From: a candidate division WOR-3 bacterium
GTDB taxonomy: Bacteria; Hydrothermota; UBA3072; B12-G15
Direction: 5' to 3'
DNA length: 49,616 nucleotides
NCBI GenBank assembly: GCA_965649055.1
Contig: CBFGJG010000011.1
Location: 1 to 49,616, forward strand
Shown piece by piece: positions 37,607-47,274 of the stretch. Under the pieces are notes generated by a model. It saw only the letters and a program-made list of their open reading frames with translations. It had not been told where the DNA came from and ran no database searches. The first letter of the stretch is position 1. Every line of letters begins with the position of its first letter. Made by a program: the position numbers and the translations under genes.

Positions 37607-37631
37607 TGGTGTCAGGTCTTGACTTTTGACA
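37607..37631 (+). repeat. End motif A copy (TGGTGTCAGGTCTTGACTTTTGACA)
   Basis: One mismatch to the motif A consensus. Lies in tandem with motif C. Confidence 0.88.
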
Positions 37632-37714
37632 AACATATATTTACACTCATATACTATTTATAAGTTTTTTTAAATATGACTTGACTTTTAATAAATTATG
37701 TAAAAAATAATTTT

Positions 37715-38656
37715 ATGCACATTGAAATATACAATGATAAATATGAAGAGATATGGGAAGACTTTGTTGAAAAAAGTTCAAATGGAACAATATTCCATAA
37801 AAGAAAATTTCTTTCTTATCATCCACCTAAAAGATTTATTGAAAATAGTCTTATATTTAAAAATGTTAATAATATTATCTCTGTCTTTCCTGCCGTTAAT
37901 TACAACGGCTTTCTATCATCACATAAAGGTGCTTCTTATGGTGGTTTTGTATTCAAGGAAAATATTACATTAAAAGAAGCTTATGAGATTGTTGATGCTT
38001 TATTGAATTATGCAAAAGAATCTGGATTTAAAGGTATTGAAATAACTTTTCCACCAATGATATACTATACAAGACCAAACAATTATTTTGAGTTTGTTCT
38101 AACAAAAAAGGGATTTAAATTTAGAAAAAGAGAATTGAGTTCATTTATTCCTGTTTTGGAAGAACCTTTTGATATATTTAAACAGGAAGCAAGGACTGCT
38201 ACAAGAAAGTCTATAAAATCAGATGTAAATGTAATTTTATCTGAAGATTTTAAGACATTTTACAAAATCCTTGAAAAAAATCTATCAATGAGGCACAATG
38301 TAAAACCAACTCATACTCTTGAAGAGCTTTTAAAATTAAAGAAATTGTTCCCTGATAAGATATGGCTTAATGCTTCATTTTATAAAGGGAAAATGATTGC
38401 AGGAACTGTTATATTTGAGACAAATTCAAGGGTTGCACTTGCATTTTATATCTCACATGACGAAGAATTTAAAAATTTAAGGCCTGTTAATATACTTTTT
38501 TATGAAACATTAAAATTATGTTATCTTAAAGGATTTAAATATCTTGACCTCGGAACATTCACACTGAATATGGAACCAAATTTTGGTCTTTGCAGGTTTA
38601 AAGAAAGTTTAGGTGGAAGGGGAATATTCAGAGATACCTATTTTTTTGAATTCTGA
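37715..38656 (+). CDS. GNAT/FemAB-like acyltransferase
   Basis: WEDFV..NGTIFHKRKFLSYH, SHKGASYGG, PTHTLEEL, LDLGT..NFGLCRFKESLGG. Confidence 0.8.
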   Translation: MHIEIYNDKYEEIWEDFVEKSSNGTIFHKRKFLSYHPPKRFIENSLIFKNVNNIISVFPAVNYNGFLSSHKGASYGGFVFKENITLKEAYEIVDALLNYAKESGFKGIEITFPPMIYYTRPNNYFEFVLTKKGFKFRKRELSSFIPVLEEPFDIFKQEARTATRKSIKSDVNVILSEDFKTFYKILEKNLSMRHNVKPTHTLEELLKLKKLFPDKIWLNASFYKGKMIAGTVIFETNSRVALAFYISHDEEFKNLRPVNILFYETLKLCYLKGFKYLDLGTFTLNMEPNFGLCRFKESLGGRGIFRDTYFFEF

Positions 38657-40029
38657 TGGGAAAGGTTAGAAATCTTTTCAAACATACATTTGTTTATAGC
38701 ATAGGATTATTATTAAAAAAGGCAATTGGATTTTTCTTAATACCAATTTACACAAAGGCATTACCACCATCTGATTATGGAATCTTATCATTATGTTATC
38801 TATTCATAGCGTTTTTTGTTTTAATATTCTCTTTAGGTTTAAATGATGCATTCTTTAAATTCTTTACGAAAGACAAAAAAGAGAAAGAGAGCGTTAGCAC
38901 ATTAACAATATTCAGATTCATTTATTCCACACCCTTTCTTGTTTTACTCATATTTTTTGCAAAGCCCATTTCTTTCTTGTTATTAAGAAAGGAATACCCT
39001 GTTTATATAATTTTTTCACTCTTGATTGTCTATATTGAAGATTTTTCAACATTCTTCACACTTATATTAAGGGCTGAAGAAAGGTCAATTATATTTGTAA
39101 TATTAAATTCAATAAGATTTATTGTAAATATGGTTTTAAATATATTTTTTGTTGTAAAATTAAAAATAGGTGTGATGGGAATTTTATTAGGTGATTTAAT
39201 ATCACTTCTCCTGCTTCAGTTTATGACAATACCATATGTGTATAAATTTTTCAGTCCTCAATTTGATAAAAAATTATTAAAAGATATGATATTTTATGGT
39301 TTTCCTTTACTTCCCCTTCTTTTACTTATGATGCTCCTTGATTTCTCAGACAGATACATAATAAATTTCTTCTGGGGAAATGCACTCGCCGGTATATACT
39401 CACTTGGTTATCAATTCGGGACTATAATCCAACTATTCATATATGGTTTCAGATTTGCGTGGGCACCATTCTTTTTCAAAAACCCTGATGAAAAAGAAAT
39501 ATTTTCAAAGGTTGCACTTTTATTCTTAAGGATTGGCCTTTTAATATGGTGCGGAGTTGTTTATTTTACAGATGAAATATTCGGATTATTTGTTGATAAA
39601 AATTATCATGATGCAAAAATAATTGTTCCAATTGTAGGTCTTGGTTATGTATTTTATGGTATTCAGCAGATTTTTATAACACCATTTTATATCCATTCAA
39701 GGACTTTCAATATTACAATAATATCTACCATAGGTTTCTTAACTAATCTTATTCTTAATCTAATCTTCATACCAAAATATGGAATGATTGCAGCAGCGTC
39801 CACTACCCTATTTTCTTTCTTTATTACCTGTTTAATATCACTTTACTGGGGGAATAAGATACAAAAAATTCCTTACAGGCTAAAAAACATAGGATTTGAC
39901 ATATTGATCCCTGTTGTAATATTTTTTATCACAATGAATTCTATATTTATTTATAGAATTTTAGGTTTTATATTAATATCAGTTTTATTTATATTTGAGA
40001 CATATTATGAAAGAAGAAATAATAAATAA
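38656..40029 (+). CDS. wzx: Wzx-type oligosaccharide flippase (MOP/PST family)
   Basis: About 12 TM segments. FFLIPIYT..L.PSDYG, YGFPL, SDRYII, AGIYSLGY, LIFIPKYGMIAAA. Confidence 0.85.
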   Translation: MGKVRNLFKHTFVYSIGLLLKKAIGFFLIPIYTKALPPSDYGILSLCYLFIAFFVLIFSLGLNDAFFKFFTKDKKEKESVSTLTIFRFIYSTPFLVLLIFFAKPISFLLLRKEYPVYIIFSLLIVYIEDFSTFFTLILRAEERSIIFVILNSIRFIVNMVLNIFFVVKLKIGVMGILLGDLISLLLLQFMTIPYVYKFFSPQFDKKLLKDMIFYGFPLLPLLLLMMLLDFSDRYIINFFWGNALAGIYSLGYQFGTIIQLFIYGFRFAWAPFFFKNPDEKEIFSKVALLFLRIGLLIWCGVVYFTDEIFGLFVDKNYHDAKIIVPIVGLGYVFYGIQQIFITPFYIHSRTFNITIISTIGFLTNLILNLIFIPKYGMIAAASTTLFSFFITCLISLYWGNKIQKIPYRLKNIGFDILIPVVIFFITMNSIFIYRILGFILISVLFIFETYYERRNNK

Positions 40030-41062
40030 GACATTTTTTATCTCAGGTAAAATCTTTGAAGAAATATCATTCAATCTTTACAATTTTGTTGATTTTTCTC
40101 TACCACCAAGGGCAATACAGATATACCCTTCAGAAAAATGTAATCTGAATTGTTCTATGTGTTTTATAAGGACAATTAAAAAAAAATTTGAAGAACTTGA
40201 TTTTGAAATAGTAAAAAAACTCATAAAGGAAGTAAATTTCTTTAAACCACTTTTGAGCCTATCAGGTGGGGAACCTACAATCTATAAGTATTTCTTCGAA
40301 ACAGTTGAGATAATAAAGAAAAATTTATTTGATCTCACAATTGTTACAAATGGAGTAAAACTTTTTGATATAGCAGAATTCCTTGTTGAAATGAATGTAA
40401 ATAAATTGAAGATATCAATAGATGGGCCACCTGAAATTCACAATAGAATAAGGGGGAAGAATGTTTTTGAAAGGATAGAAAGCGGGATAAAAAAGATAAA
40501 TGAATTGAAGATATTAAAAAAGAGAAAATATCCTGAACTTATCCTTCATTCAGTATTAAACAAGGAATCAGATATAGATTTTATTATCAATTTTGCAAAG
40601 AATCACAATTTTAAAAATATAGTATTTATTCCTGTGTTATTTTTAAGTAAAGATGATATTGATAATTTTCAAATTGAAACAGGATTTTATCCACATTACT
40701 GGCTCGGTTCTGATTTTGATATAAAAGAATTCATAATTGATGAAGAAATGATAGATAAGATAAAAAGATATAATTTTAAGACAAGTTTTGTTCCAAATGT
40801 TCATAGGAATCTAAAAGAATATTTTGGGAGGGATAAAGGATATATTGATAGTTTCAAAGGAAGATGCCGTTCAATATTTAATTCAGTAACGATAAAACCA
40901 GATGGGAATCTTGAATTATGCCCCGACTATGTTTTAGGGAATCTGAAAGATGAAAGATTTTTTAAGATATGGAACAACAAAACCGCAAAGAAGATAAGAA
41001 GATTGATAAAATCAAAGAAATCATTATCTGTATGTAAAGGATGCTGTGCTTACTATGTATAG
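40007..41062 (+). CDS. Radical SAM protein with a SPASM/twitch domain
   Basis: CNLNCSMC, SGGEP, TNG, ISIDG..HNRIRG. C-terminal C..IKPDG...CP..LGNL..WN..CKGCC. Start moved from 39995. Confidence 0.88.
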   Translation: MKEEIINKTFFISGKIFEEISFNLYNFVDFSLPPRAIQIYPSEKCNLNCSMCFIRTIKKKFEELDFEIVKKLIKEVNFFKPLLSLSGGEPTIYKYFFETVEIIKKNLFDLTIVTNGVKLFDIAEFLVEMNVNKLKISIDGPPEIHNRIRGKNVFERIESGIKKINELKILKKRKYPELILHSVLNKESDIDFIINFAKNHNFKNIVFIPVLFLSKDDIDNFQIETGFYPHYWLGSDFDIKEFIIDEEMIDKIKRYNFKTSFVPNVHRNLKEYFGRDKGYIDSFKGRCRSIFNSVTIKPDGNLELCPDYVLGNLKDERFFKIWNNKTAKKIRRLIKSKKSLSVCKGCCAYYV

Positions 41063-41083
41063 ATTTTCTCTTAAAAATTTATC

Positions 41084-41110
41084 ACAAGAAAAGTTGAAAG
41101 TTTATTGACC
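41084..41110 (-). repeat. End motif B copy, 4 bp after the stop of the hdrA-like gene
   Basis: Reverse complement reads GGTCAATAAACTTTCAACTTTTCTTGT. Confidence 0.8.
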
Positions 41111-41114
41111 ACAA

Positions 41115-44100
41115 TCAATCTGTTAATGCTTTTATCTCTGAAACTATCTCTTCGTTTGTGAATCCAAGAAGGTCTATTGCATTACATCTGCATGCTGCTG
41201 TGCAGAGACCACATCCTTTACATAGAACTTTATTCACATCACTCTTCTGAACAATCCTTCCTGCGATTTTTTTCTCAACAAGTTGTATTGCCTTATATGG
41301 ACAAACATTCACACAATCACCACAACCTGTGCATTTTGCTTCATTCACATAGGATGTTATTCCTGATGTCTCAATCCCATCTTTAGAAAGAACAACAAAT
41401 GCCCTTGATGCAGCTGCAAATGCCTGAATTATTGATTCTTCTATACCTTTTGGTGAATGTGCAAGGCCTGCAAGGAATACACCATCAGTTGCAAAATCAA
41501 CAGGTCTAAGTTTCACATGTGCTTCAAGGAAGTATTTATCCTGATTCAACGGAACCTTAAACAATTTTGAAAGCTTCTCATTATTTTCTTTATCAGGAAT
41601 AATTCCATTAGAAAGGACTAAATAATCCGGCTCAAATATTATCTCATCACCCAATATATCATCCTTTACCTTAACAACTACTTTACTATTTTCCAGAGAA
41701 ACTACTGGTTTTTCATCCTCTTTAAACCTTATAAATACAACTCCTTTCTCCCTTGCCTTCCTGTATTCAAGTTCCTTGTATCCATAAGTTCTCAGATCCC
41801 TGAAAAGAACATAAACATCAGTATCAGGGAATTTCTCTTTTAAAAGTATTGAATTTTTTACTGCCTCTGAACAGCATACCCTTGAACACCAAGGATGTTC
41901 TTCATCCCTTGAACCTACGCATTGTATCATAACAACGCTCTTTGGATTTTCCATCTTTCCTTTTAATATATTTTCTTCAAGTTCAAACTGGGTTAAGATG
42001 TTCTGAGACTTTCCATAATTATATTCTTTTGGTATATATTCTCTTGCACCTGTTGCTATAACAACAACTCCGTGCTCTATCTCTTCTTCATATCCGTTAC
42101 TTCCTATTGTTGTCTTGAAATTACCAACGAATCCTTCGCTCCTTAATACATCAAAACCTGTTTTAACCTTAATCAATGGATTTTCCCTTATCTCTTTCTC
42201 AAGACTTTCAAGATAATTTTCTACATCAAGACCTTCAAGTGTCTTTGAAAATTTCCTCGCATTACCACCAAGTTTTTCTTCCTTTTCAACAAGGACTGTC
42301 TCTATCCCACCCCTTGCAAATAATAATGCTGCATTCATCCCTGTGATTCCACCACCTATAACAAGTGCTTTTTTATTTATGGGGATTATCTTGGTCTCAA
42401 GCGGTTCAAGCAGATTTGCCTTATATACTGCTGATTTAACAAGGTCTTTTGCCTTCTCTGTCGCAGCATTCTTATCTGTCTGGTGAACCCAGGAATCCTG
42501 GTCCCTTATATTTGCCATTGAGAAAAGGTATCTATTAAGACCTGCTTCTCTTATCGTTTCCTGGAACAATGGTTCATGTGTTCTTGGTGTGCAGGATGCA
42601 ACAACTATTCTATTTAGATTAAATTCTTCTATTTTTTTCTTTATCAAATCCTGTGAATCCTGTGAACAGGTATACAGGTTTTCAGTTGCATAAACTACAT
42701 TGGGAAGATTCTTTGAAAATTCAACAACCTCTTTAACATTCACATAAGCACCTATATTTATTCCGCAATGGCAAACAAATACACCTATTCTTGGTTTTTC
42801 ATTCAAGATATATTTCTCTTCAGGATATTCTTTTATCCTGACATCACTTCCCCTTGCCTCAGCAAGTAATGCCTGAACAAATCCTGCAGCAGCAGAACCC
42901 TGTGCTACAGTCTCAGGAATATCCTTTGGGCCTTGAGCAGCACCACAAACATATACACCATCCCTTGTTGTCTTAACAGGATTCTCATTAGGTGTTTTTA
43001 CAAATCCGAGTTCATTAAGCTCAATTCCCAATGCCTTTGAAATATCAGAAAGGTTCTCATTAGGATGTAAACCAACAGAAAGGACAACAAGGTCAAATGT
43101 CTCTTTAACAAGTTTTCCATCCTGTTCATACGTTATAATCAAATCCTTTGTTTTTTCGTCTTCAACAACGGATGATGGTCTTGCCCTTATATATCTTACA
43201 CCGTGATTTTTCTCCGCATTCTCAACATACCTATCAAAATCCTTACCAAATGAACGGATATCCATAAAGAATATTGTAGGTTTCACGGAATGGTCATGTT
43301 CTTTAGCGACAACGGTCTGTTTAACTGCATAGGTGCAACATACAGATGAACAGAAAGGATAATCTTTTTCCCTTGAACCAACACATTGAATCCACGCTAT
43401 CTTCTCAGGATGTTTATCATCTGAAAGCCTTCTTATATGTCCTGAAAATGGGCCTGATGCAGAAAGTATTCTTTCGAATTGCAAAGATGTAACAACATTT
43501 GCATATTTTTTGAATCCGTATTCTTTTATATTTTCAGGTGAAAAATCCTTAAATCCAGGTGCAACAACAACTGCACCAACATCAAGTTTAAGAACCTCTT
43601 CTTTCTGTGAATGGTCTATTGCATCAGCAGGGCATGCTGCTTCACATATCTTACAGGCATCATTTTTAAAGAACATACAATAATTCGGGTCTATTTTGGG
43701 TTTACTTGGAACTGCCTGTAAGAATGGTATGAATATAGGATTTCTATTGCTCAGGTTTCTTTCAAATTCAGATGGTATTGGTATAGGTTCTCTTCCAGAA
43801 ATCTTTTTAATTGTAATAGCACCTGTAGGGCATATATCTGCACATGCACCACATGTTACACAGACTTCTGAAAATATCTCAAACGGGGTTGTAAGTTCCC
43901 TTCTATAACCTCTGTTTTTAAATCCTATCGCACCTATCTTCATCCTTTCATGACACATCCTTACGCAGAGACCGCAAAGGATACATTTATTTGGGTCATA
44001 AAAGTAATTTTTCTCTTTATATTCGTGTTTTTTTAATTTTAATTCTTTAACACCATATTGTTCTGCCAAACTTCTTATCTCTTCTGATTCAGGTGCCCTT

Positions 44101-44378
44101 GTAAGGAGCATTTCGAGAATCAACTTCCTTGCCCTTTTTACAGGTTCTGAATCTGTCCTTACCTCACCTTCCCAGGCAGGATAGGTGCAGGCAGTCTTTA
44201 AAGAAGATTTTCCCTTCCATATTGTTTCGACAACACAGACCCTGCAAGAACCATATGCAGAAAGATAAGGACTGTGACATAATGTAGGGATATAAATCCC
44301 ATTCTCCCTTGCAATATCAAGTATTGTCCTTTTTGGATCTGGTTTAAATATCTTACCATCAATTATCAAATCTGTCAT
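41115..44378 (-). CDS. hdrA: NuoG/HydA-type N-terminal Fe-S domain fused to the C-terminal remainder of a tandem (HdrL-like) HdrA
   Basis: [17 protein letters not shown] (2Fe-2S) and [11 protein letters not shown] / CVTCGAC..CP. Then [66 protein letters not shown] and a C-terminal 2x[4Fe-4S] domain. Confidence 0.88.
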   Translation of the reverse strand: MTDLIIDGKIFKPDPKRTILDIARENGIYIPTLCHSPYLSAYGSCRVCVVETIWKGKSSLKTACTYPAWEGEVRTDSEPVKRARKLILEMLLTRAPESEEIRSLAEQYGVKELKLKKHEYKEKNYFYDPNKCILCGLCVRMCHERMKIGAIGFKNRGYRRELTTPFEIFSEVCVTCGACADICPTGAITIKKISGREPIPIPSEFERNLSNRNPIFIPFLQAVPSKPKIDPNYCMFFKNDACKICEAACPADAIDHSQKEEVLKLDVGAVVVAPGFKDFSPENIKEYGFKKYANVVTSLQFERILSASGPFSGHIRRLSDDKHPEKIAWIQCVGSREKDYPFCSSVCCTYAVKQTVVAKEHDHSVKPTIFFMDIRSFGKDFDRYVENAEKNHGVRYIRARPSSVVEDEKTKDLIITYEQDGKLVKETFDLVVLSVGLHPNENLSDISKALGIELNELGFVKTPNENPVKTTRDGVYVCGAAQGPKDIPETVAQGSAAAGFVQALLAEARGSDVRIKEYPEEKYILNEKPRIGVFVCHCGINIGAYVNVKEVVEFSKNLPNVVYATENLYTCSQDSQDLIKKKIEEFNLNRIVVASCTPRTHEPLFQETIREAGLNRYLFSMANIRDQDSWVHQTDKNAATEKAKDLVKSAVYKANLLEPLETKIIPINKKALVIGGGITGMNAALLFARGGIETVLVEKEEKLGGNARKFSKTLEGLDVENYLESLEKEIRENPLIKVKTGFDVLRSEGFVGNFKTTIGSNGYEEEIEHGVVVIATGAREYIPKEYNYGKSQNILTQFELEENILKGKMENPKSVVMIQCVGSRDEEHPWCSRVCCSEAVKNSILLKEKFPDTDVYVLFRDLRTYGYKELEYRKAREKGVVFIRFKEDEKPVVSLENSKVVVKVKDDILGDEIIFEPDYLVLSNGIIPDKENNEKLSKLFKVPLNQDKYFLEAHVKLRPVDFATDGVFLAGLAHSPKGIEESIIQAFAAASRAFVVLSKDGIETSGITSYVNEAKCTGCGDCVNVCPYKAIQLVEKKIAGRIVQKSDVNKVLCKGCGLCTAACRCNAIDLLGFTNEEIVSEIKALTD

Positions 44379-46222
44379 ATAACCTCTATTGCTCCAAATT
44401 GACAGCTATCATAACATATTCCGCATTTAATACAACTTTCCTGATTAATGGAATGTGGTTTCTTCTGTTCACCTGTAATAACCTTCTGTGGACATCTTAA
44501 AGCGCATAATGTGCAACCGGTGCATTTATCTTCTATTATTCTATATTTGATAAGTGGTTTACAAACTTTTGCAGGGCATCTTTTTTCTTTTATATGTGCT
44601 TCATATTCTTCCCTAAAGAAATTTATAGTTGAAAGGACTGGATTAGGTGCAGATGTTCCGAGCGCACAAAGAGAACATTCTCTCATTACCCAGCCTAATT
44701 CCTCAAGTAATTCTATATCACCTTCTTTTCCTTCCCCTTTTGTAATCCTCTCAAGTATTTCTGACATCTGTATCAATCCTTCCCTGCAGGGTGTGCATTT
44801 ACCACATGATTCATCCTTTAAAAAATTTGTGAAATACTTTGCTATATCAACCATACAATTATCTTCATCCATCACTATCATTCCACCAGAACCCATCATA
44901 GAACCAACCTTTGTGAGTTCATCATAATCTACCGGAAGGTCAAGAAGGCTTTCAGGAATAACACCACCAGATGGACCACCTGTCTGGACTGCCTTAAATT
45001 TCTTGTTATTCTTTATACCGCCACCTATGTCAAAAATAATCTTTCTCAATGACATTCCCATTGGAACTTCCACAAGCCCTGTATTATTAACCTTTCCAAC
45101 AAGTGAGAATATCTTTGTTCCTTTGCTTCCTGCAGTCCCCATAGATGCAAACCATTCCCAACCATTATTTATTATTTTAGGAACACATGCCCATGTTTCA
45201 ACATTGTTCAATGTTGTTGGTCTTTCCCATAATCCTTTCTCAACTGTGTGAACATGTTTTGCCCTTGGTTCTCCAACTTTACCTTCTATGGAAGCCATAA
45301 GTGCTGTTGATTCACCACACACAAATGCACCACCACCACGATTAACCTTCACATCAAATCTGAATCCTGTTCCAAGGATATTATCGCCAAGCAATCCATA
45401 TTCCCTTGCTTTTTCTATAGCATGACTGAAAAATTTAACGGCAAGTGGATATTCCTGTCTCACATAAATGTATCCATAATTTGAACCAATTGCATATGCA
45501 CCTATTATCATTCCTTCAAGGACAGAATGTGGATTACCTTCAAGTAATGCCCTGTCCATAAAAGCACCAGGATCACCTTCATCTGCATTACAAATAACAT
45601 ATTTTATTTCTCCCTCCGCCTTCCTGCAGGACTCCCATTTTTTCCCAGTTGGAAATCCACCTCCACCCCTTCCTCTTAATCCAGATTTTTTTATTATCTC
45701 AATTATTTCTTCGGGTTTCAGTTGGAATGCTTTTGGTAAAGCTGTGTAACCATCATTAGCAATGTAATCTTCAATGCTATCAGGTGATATACTGACGTTT
45801 GCATCAAGAAGAATTCTTTTCTGCATTTTATAGAAAGGTATCTCTTCTGTGTATATTTTCTTTTCATCTGTCTCTGGGTCTTTATACAAAAGTCTATCTA
45901 TTATCTTTTTATTAATTATTGTTTCCTGGACTATTTCCTTAACATCTTTTACTTTCACAAGCTGGTATTGTATATTTTCAGGCATTTTTATAACCACAAC
46001 ACCTTTTTCACATAAACCAAGACAACCTGTTTTTAATAATTTAACCTCTAAATCAAGACCTTTTTTCAAGATTTCCTCTTTAAATGCGTTTGAAACATCA
46101 AAAGCACCCCTTGCTATACAGCCAGGACCATTACATACAGCTATATAATTCTGCTCTTTTTCCTTTTTTTCTTTAAGTCTTTTCCTTAAAATTTCAAGTT
46201 CTTCAACTGTTTTAAGGCGCAT
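44375..46222 (-). CDS. nuoF: NuoF/HydB-like FMN- and NAD(H)-binding subunit with extra Fe-S domains
   Basis: [56 protein letters not shown]-terminal CNGPGC..CLGLC and C-terminal 2x[4Fe-4S]. Start moved from 46243. Confidence 0.92.
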   Translation of the reverse strand: MRLKTVEELEILRKRLKEKKEKEQNYIAVCNGPGCIARGAFDVSNAFKEEILKKGLDLEVKLLKTGCLGLCEKGVVVIKMPENIQYQLVKVKDVKEIVQETIINKKIIDRLLYKDPETDEKKIYTEEIPFYKMQKRILLDANVSISPDSIEDYIANDGYTALPKAFQLKPEEIIEIIKKSGLRGRGGGGFPTGKKWESCRKAEGEIKYVICNADEGDPGAFMDRALLEGNPHSVLEGMIIGAYAIGSNYGYIYVRQEYPLAVKFFSHAIEKAREYGLLGDNILGTGFRFDVKVNRGGGAFVCGESTALMASIEGKVGEPRAKHVHTVEKGLWERPTTLNNVETWACVPKIINNGWEWFASMGTAGSKGTKIFSLVGKVNNTGLVEVPMGMSLRKIIFDIGGGIKNNKKFKAVQTGGPSGGVIPESLLDLPVDYDELTKVGSMMGSGGMIVMDEDNCMVDIAKYFTNFLKDESCGKCTPCREGLIQMSEILERITKGEGKEGDIELLEELGWVMRECSLCALGTSAPNPVLSTINFFREEYEAHIKEKRCPAKVCKPLIKYRIIEDKCTGCTLCALRCPQKVITGEQKKPHSINQESCIKCGICYDSCQFGAIEVI

Positions 46223-47096
46223 TGTTTTTCCTGTATGATTCAATTACCCTTGCAAGTTTTGATGTTGTTACTGAATGATAATCATTATCAATCATTATCA
46301 CAGGTGCAAGCGCACAAGTTCCTAAGCAGTTGACGGTTTCAACAGTAAATTCAAAATCTTCTGTGGTTTCTCCTGCTTTTATTCCAAGCTCTCTTTCAAT
46401 CTCATCCAGTATTTTAGGTGCTCCCCTTGAATGACAGGCCGTTCCCATACATACCCTTATCAAATGTCTACCTCTTGGTTTCATTGTAAACGCAGTATAA
46501 AATGTTACCACATGATATATATGTGATAATGGAATCTCAATGACATTACTTAAATATTTAACAATATTTTCAGGGATGTAATTGAATTCTGTATTTATAT
46601 CGTGCAAAATCTCTATAAGCATTTCTTTACCGATTTTCTCATTGGATGAATATTTGGCAAATATTTTTTTTAATCTTTCTATCTCATCTTTTGTAAGATT
46701 ATTTATATATTCAGTTTTTTTTTGAATCTGTGGTGCATAATTCACAGGACAGGCTTCAATACAATCACCACATCCTTTACATTTATCAAGGTCCACATAT
46801 CTTGGATGTTTTTTAACCTCTGCAATCAGATTTCCAGGTTCACCTTTTAATGAAGATATTTCAGCATTAGTGATAAGTTCTATATTAAGATGTCTACCTG
46901 CCTCAACCATCTTTGGTGAAAGGATACATGTTGAGCAATCATTTGTAGGGAATGTCTTATCAAGTTGAGCCATTACACCACCTATAGATGGTGATTTTTC
47001 TACAAGATAAACATAGAAACCACTTGATGCAAGATCAAGCGAAGTCTGAATTCCACCAATTCCACCACCTAATACAAGAACCTTACCACTTTTCAT
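46212..47096 (-). CDS. HdrA N-terminal FAD-binding fragment fused to a NuoE/HydC 2Fe-2S domain
   Basis: [40 protein letters not shown]...CP, followed by [27 protein letters not shown]. Start moved from 47120. Confidence 0.88.
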   Translation of the reverse strand: MKSGKVLVLGGGIGGIQTSLDLASSGFYVYLVEKSPSIGGVMAQLDKTFPTNDCSTCILSPKMVEAGRHLNIELITNAEISSLKGEPGNLIAEVKKHPRYVDLDKCKGCGDCIEACPVNYAPQIQKKTEYINNLTKDEIERLKKIFAKYSSNEKIGKEMLIEILHDINTEFNYIPENIVKYLSNVIEIPLSHIYHVVTFYTAFTMKPRGRHLIRVCMGTACHSRGAPKILDEIERELGIKAGETTEDFEFTVETVNCLGTCALAPVIMIDNDYHSVTTSKLARVIESYRKNNAP

Positions 47097-47102
47097 ATTG
47101 TT

Positions 47103-47130
47103 AAAATAATTATACTTCAAAAACTGTCAA
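47103..47130 (-). promoter_or_regulatory. Promoter TTGACA-N16-TATTTT, 6 nt before the ATG (leaderless)
   Basis: Minus strand, upstream of the ATG at 47096, no Shine-Dalgarno. Confidence 0.55.
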
Positions 47131-47249
47131 GAAAATTTTTTAAAAAATTTTGTAAAAGATTATTAACATTCTTTTAAGTAATGAATTAAAATCTTAAAAT
47201 ATTTCCTATGAAAGCTGTGAAATCAAATATTTTTAATATAGAACAAATT

Positions 47250-47271
47250 TGAGAAATGAGAAGACTGACCC
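47250..47271 (-). repeat. End motif C copy, 3 bp after the stop of the upstream CTD protein
   Basis: Reverse complement reads GGGTCAGTCTTCTCATTTCTCA. Confidence 0.85.
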
Positions 47272-47274
47272 TAA

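Noticed and set aside
47132..47168. 20-bp A/T palindrome and a possible Rex box upstream of the hdrA/nuo promoter
   Set aside because: Low complexity, and the TGT..ACA spacing does not fit the Rex consensus.
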